Below the pieces are notes generated by a model that was given only the letters and a program-made list of their open reading frames with translations, was not told the DNA's origin and made no database searches. Source: Takakia lepidozioides (Eukaryota > Plantae > Bryophyta). Taken from it: a stretch of DNA of 64,000 nucleotides. Positions 59,831 through 64,000 of this stretch are shown one piece after another. Both the position numbers and the translations under genes were made by a program. The stretch spans positions 63,116,001 through 63,180,000 of the forward strand of contig CM060733.1 in NCBI GenBank assembly GCA_030704615.1, in the 5' to 3' direction. Numbering within the stretch: position 1 is the stretch's first letter; every line of letters begins with the position of its first letter.

Positions 59831-61447
59831 TGAGAAAGAGCTCCTGTGAATGAGGGCCCAGTGGTGGCAGCTCACATGGTTAGGCCATGTGTTGTACCAG
59901 AAGTAAGTACAATGATAGTAACGAGAAGCAAAGCCAAACTAATACCTCCAGTAGTTGAGGAAGATGATGAAAATGAAGATGGCAGTGATGTGCCTGAAGA
60001 TGATGAGGCTTGGAGAGATGAGAATGAACTGCACAAGGAAGTGGCAGATACCATAAGGGAAATGCAGAAGAGTACTCATATTCCTATGACAGATTCCTCT
60101 GATTCTGATGGAGAAGAAGAAGTGAGTGAGAATGAAAGGAAGAAAGAAGCTGCAGACATGCAGAGTAATGAAGGGACTTTGGCTGAAGTAATATGCCAGA
60201 CCAAAGCAGAGATTACCATTGGACAGCTATTGGCTGTGGCACCTTATTGTAGACACAGGCTGTATCAAGCAATCAATCGAATTGCCCATGTGACAGAAAA
60301 CACAGACCTGAACAGCAAGGTGACCAGTTATAATGTGAAGCCGGAAGGGCGAGAAGCAGTCATGGACTTTGATGATTCTATGCCAGTAATCCAATTGAGA
60401 ATTGGAAGCACAGAACTAACTGATGTACTGATAGATGGAGGCTCTGGAGTGAATATCATGGCAGACCTATTAAGGCAGAAGCTTGGTCTAAATAACATGA
60501 AACCAGCCCCATTTACAGTAACAATGGCAGATCAAAGAAGTGTACAGCCATTGGGATTGATAAGAGGAGTTAAGATACAGATACAAAAGATGATCTTTAT
60601 GATCACAGTAATTGTGTTGAAGATGGATGAAGTCATGGAGGCTTACTCCTTATTATTGGGACGTCCGTGGCTGAAACAAGCCAGGGTATTCCATGACTGG
60701 AATTCTCAGTTACTAACTGTGCATAATGGGATGCACAAGATACAAATTACCACTAAGAAATCTAGTAGATTACCTGCTACAAGAAGACCTCGAGGGGTCA
60801 GGGAGTATGACTGGAGGGGAGGACTGGATGAGGAACATGAAGCTACTCTATTCGCTGCACACCCAGAGTGGGAGCAGGTTGCAGAGATGCAGCAGGAAGG
60901 CCTAAGTTGTTTAAAAGGTATCTGTTGTGGTGTAGTGACAGCAACACCAATTGAAGGTGAAATAAGCAGTTACCCACCACATTTTTATGAAGAAAGAGAA
61001 GGAGAAATGGAAATCCTAGAGGAACCAGCCACTGTGAGTTTACAGGATGAAGTGGTGACTGGTTGGACAATCACAGCTGATGAGCAGGTGAGAGAAGTGA
61101 ATGTGGGAACTGAAGAGGAACCGAGGATGGTGAAGGTAGGGGCTGATTTGGAGCCAGAATTCTTTGAAGAAGCTAAGAGTTTGTTCATCAAATACAGAGA
61201 TGTATTTGCTTGGAGCTACGAGGATCTAAAAGGGATACCACTTGAGATCTGTCAGCATAAGATTGAACTGGAACCAGGGTCAGTACCAATCAAACAGGCA
61301 AGGTACAGAATGAATCCCAACTATGCACAGAAGGTTGGAGAAGAGATCAAGAAGTTGGCTGAGGCTAAGTTTATATACCCAATAGAGTATACAACTTGGT
61401 TGTCACCCATTGAGATAGTTCCCAAGAAGAATGGTAAATTGAGAGTC
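59831..61447 (+). mobile_element. Inverted internal segment of the same element (gag end - protease - RT start)
   Basis: VLIDGGSGVNI, LLGRPWL, ...WLSPIEIVPKKNGKLRV, which joins VNYKKLN on the minus strand at 59829. Confidence 0.9.
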
Positions 61448-61870
61448 TAATCCAGAATGAACAGGCTGCCTTGTGATGTCCTGACTGATTACAATAGTAA
61501 CACAGTTCTTCACCATTGGGTCCTCGCCCTTGGTCTGCTCTAGGATTATTTCTGTGATTCCCTGGCTGGTAATTCCCCCTTGGATTATCCTGATAGTTGG
61601 CCCTGGAATTTCCTTGGTAATTCCCTCTTGGATTACCTCTCCCTTCCATACCATTGTTATAACCACCAGGCCTACCATAGTGGTCCTGATCACTGTTTCT
61701 TCTTGGCTGGGGCTGCACTTGATGCACCCTTACTTGCCTAGGTTCTCTAGCTGCTGTCCTTCTGTTGTAGTAACAATTCTCAGTAGAATGGTTATCCATT
61801 TTACAGATAGTACAATGTTTCTCCTTCATGTGGCATTCAGTGGTGGTATGGCCTTCATTCTGGCACTTTG
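61448..61870 (-). mobile_element. gag nucleocapsid fragment with two CCHC knuckles
   Basis: CTICKMDNHSTENC and CYYCNQSGHHKAAC. Confidence 0.85.
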
Positions 61871-63590
61871 TACATGGGGAACAATTATCAATGGTAGGGA
61901 ACGACTGTGAGGGAACGACATCTGCAGAAGGAACGTGATACTTTGGGGATAACGGTTAATTAGTTAGGTGGTTAGAACAGCTTGGGAGGCAGTTAAGGAG
62001 AGCGGCAACGGAAAGAATGACACTTCACGGAGGAGCGCTGGATGGTCATGGAGGAGAGGAGATCAGGTGGAGAGCAAGAACGAGAGCACGGAGTAGGAGG
62101 AGAGATGAACAGTAGATGCTTTACTTCATGCAAAACTGTAGTGATACTATAGGGTGGATTAGAGTCACTTGACATTGGCCTAGTACCTGATAAATCGTAA
62201 TCTGAAACTTATTCGATACAAGCACACTATGTAGAGAGACATGAGTGAAGCTGTGAAATGAATGCATGATTAACTGGAACTAAGAAGATACTGAAGCAAA
62301 CTGATGCTTCAGTATCAGATAAGGTAAATTGTTAACATGAAGGCAAGAAGGAATACAAAGGGGAACCACAACCATGATTCACTAGCTGCAGGTCATGACT
62401 GATTGTACTGAGCGGGCTGAGTGCTTAGAGATATCCAACTCTTCTATCTTGGAGTTTTCACCTCGGATAGCGAAGGGATGGGTGAGTAAAAGCCGCTCGA
62501 CATTTGGCGACCATACTGGGGAACTAAGTCTTGAACAACCAGATGTGACAGGCATCTGGTGGGATCATGGTGGTTGGAGAATTAAAAAATTTGATGTGAA
62601 TCAAATTCCCTGTGAAACTGAGAAGGAAAGATTGTCCAAACAATTCTTTCAGAGGTTCTTGGAATTGCCAGACGGTTGTAAAGAAAACATTCTTAAAAGA
62701 GTGCATGATGCTGACCCTGAGTGGGGTCTGGAGAAGGGAATGATAAAAATTTATCAGGTGGCCTGTAGAGGAAGAGCACGTTGGTTACCAACATTGGTTT
62801 ATGTGATAGCATTGCTATCCATTAAGCGAGTAGAGTTTGAAGGCTGGGAGGAAAGGAAGGTGAATGTTTATACTCATATGCATGAAGGGCTTATACTGGT
62901 AAAGAATTGGATTCCAAAGGATATTCTGTGGATCAAACTCACACCAAGAACAGCTTTCCAGACTTGTTTGCCATATGGTTATATGGTAACGGAGACTTCT
63001 AATATAGCCAAGGGTGCATTGAAGCTTGAAAGAAACCCAGGCATATACGAGAGATACTACAGAAGAGAGTTTTGGTTACTGCCACATTAAAGAAATGAAA
63101 GACATGGGACATGAGTGATGAAGGAGAAGCTAGACTCACAGCAAAAAGAGAAAGTTATCTGAAAGCTAATTATCCATATCTTTGGGAGAGAGGAATAGAC
63201 ATAGGGGAATCATCTGAACCTCTCACACCATTAAGATCAGAGAGTACATCACCCATACCGGAAGAACTAGAGTTGGATGCCACTCCTCCTTTTTCTTTGC
63301 AAGAAAGATTAAGGGAATTGGTACGGGAAGAAGATCAATCACGAGGTGAAAGATCTGAGGTACATCCCTGGATAAAAGATTTGACAGAAATCTTTGATAA
63401 GAGTTGGCATGGAACACCAAAAGCAGGAATTCCAGTTTCTGAAACGGAAGGTGAAGAAGGAGGAGAGGATGTGGCAGAGCCAACGGAGAGTTCAGACTCT
63501 CCAACACCATTGCAGTTGAGTTACATGAGTGAAGAAGAAAGTTGCATGGCTGATATCAGTTGTATCTGGGACGAAGCTCACTGGTAGGGG
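61871..63590 (+). mobile_element. Truncated 5' LTR (61871-62502), PBS (62505-62522) and upstream ORF region, inverted relative to the rest of the element
   Basis: Highly similar to the reverse complement of 50685-51340; CA-tt-TGGCGACCATACTGGGGA resembles a tRNA-Arg-type PBS; ORFs 62395-63090 and 63111-63587. Confidence 0.85.
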
Positions 63591-63756
63591 GGAAGAATCG
63601 CCCTGAGGGAGTCACTGCAGAACAAGTGGAGTGTGTTAGGTCAGAAGTAAGCCAAGGGGGATGACTAACATAAAGGAGAGATAACCTTGGGGGTTGTAGA
63701 CATAAAATGACACAGGGCCATATGAACGAGAGGGCAGTGGGAGGGGGGGGGGGGTT

Positions 63757-64000
63757 GGTTGAGCGGCTTTTACTCACCCATCCCTTAGCTATCCGAGGTG
63801 GAAACTCCAAGATAGAGTTGGAAATCTCTAAGCACTCAGCCCACTCAGAACAATTAGTCATGACCTACAACTAGTGTATCATGGGGGTGCTTTCTTATAT
63901 CTAATCCTTCTTACATTCATGTTTAGTAAGTTACCTTACTGCCTAGGTTTAAGTATCAGATTGCATCTGCAATCTACCATGTTCCATCTACTTGAGCATT
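63757..64000 (-). mobile_element. End of another LTR of the same family (runs off the window)
   Basis: gagcggcttttactcacccatcccttagctatccgagg... matches the reverse complement of 47150-47410. Confidence 0.85.

Overview
Eukaryotic DNA with GT-AG introns, most likely from a non-seed land plant (inferred from a TIFY8-type gene, PLS-class PPR fragments and a DNMT3-like remnant). One intact host gene, a 5-exon TIFY8-like gene (minus strand, 11771-15662, about 434 aa), sits among nested and mostly decayed transposons: three Ty3/gypsy elements (one chromovirus, two non-chromoviral), several LTRs, a CACTA/EnSpm transposase, a GCM-domain MULE-type transposase, L1 and Dualen/RandI-like LINE pieces, and MITE-like ends. 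Three signals stand out. (1) An intron-containing gene appears to join a ParB/Srx-like domain (WDGNHR) to a prokaryote-type beta-class amino-(N4C/N6A) DNA methyltransferase with a non-canonical LDIPDG motif. The MTase part occurs as two diverged copies plus a third C-terminal tip, and two of these run into a shared G-rich transposon end. A separate DNMT3-like C5-MTase remnant abuts a CACTA fragment. Together these suggest transposons carrying their own DNA-modification enzymes. (2) Three arrays are built on a GGCGCC-centred motif, one of them inside that gene. (3) The region is pervasively scrambled: one LTR insertion has its two TSD-bearing ends about 48 kb apart in the wrong order, a pol gene carries a clean inversion, and the ParB exon lies inverted relative to its phase-compatible next exon. 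All domain calls are by-eye motif recognition, and boundaries of decayed elements are approximate.
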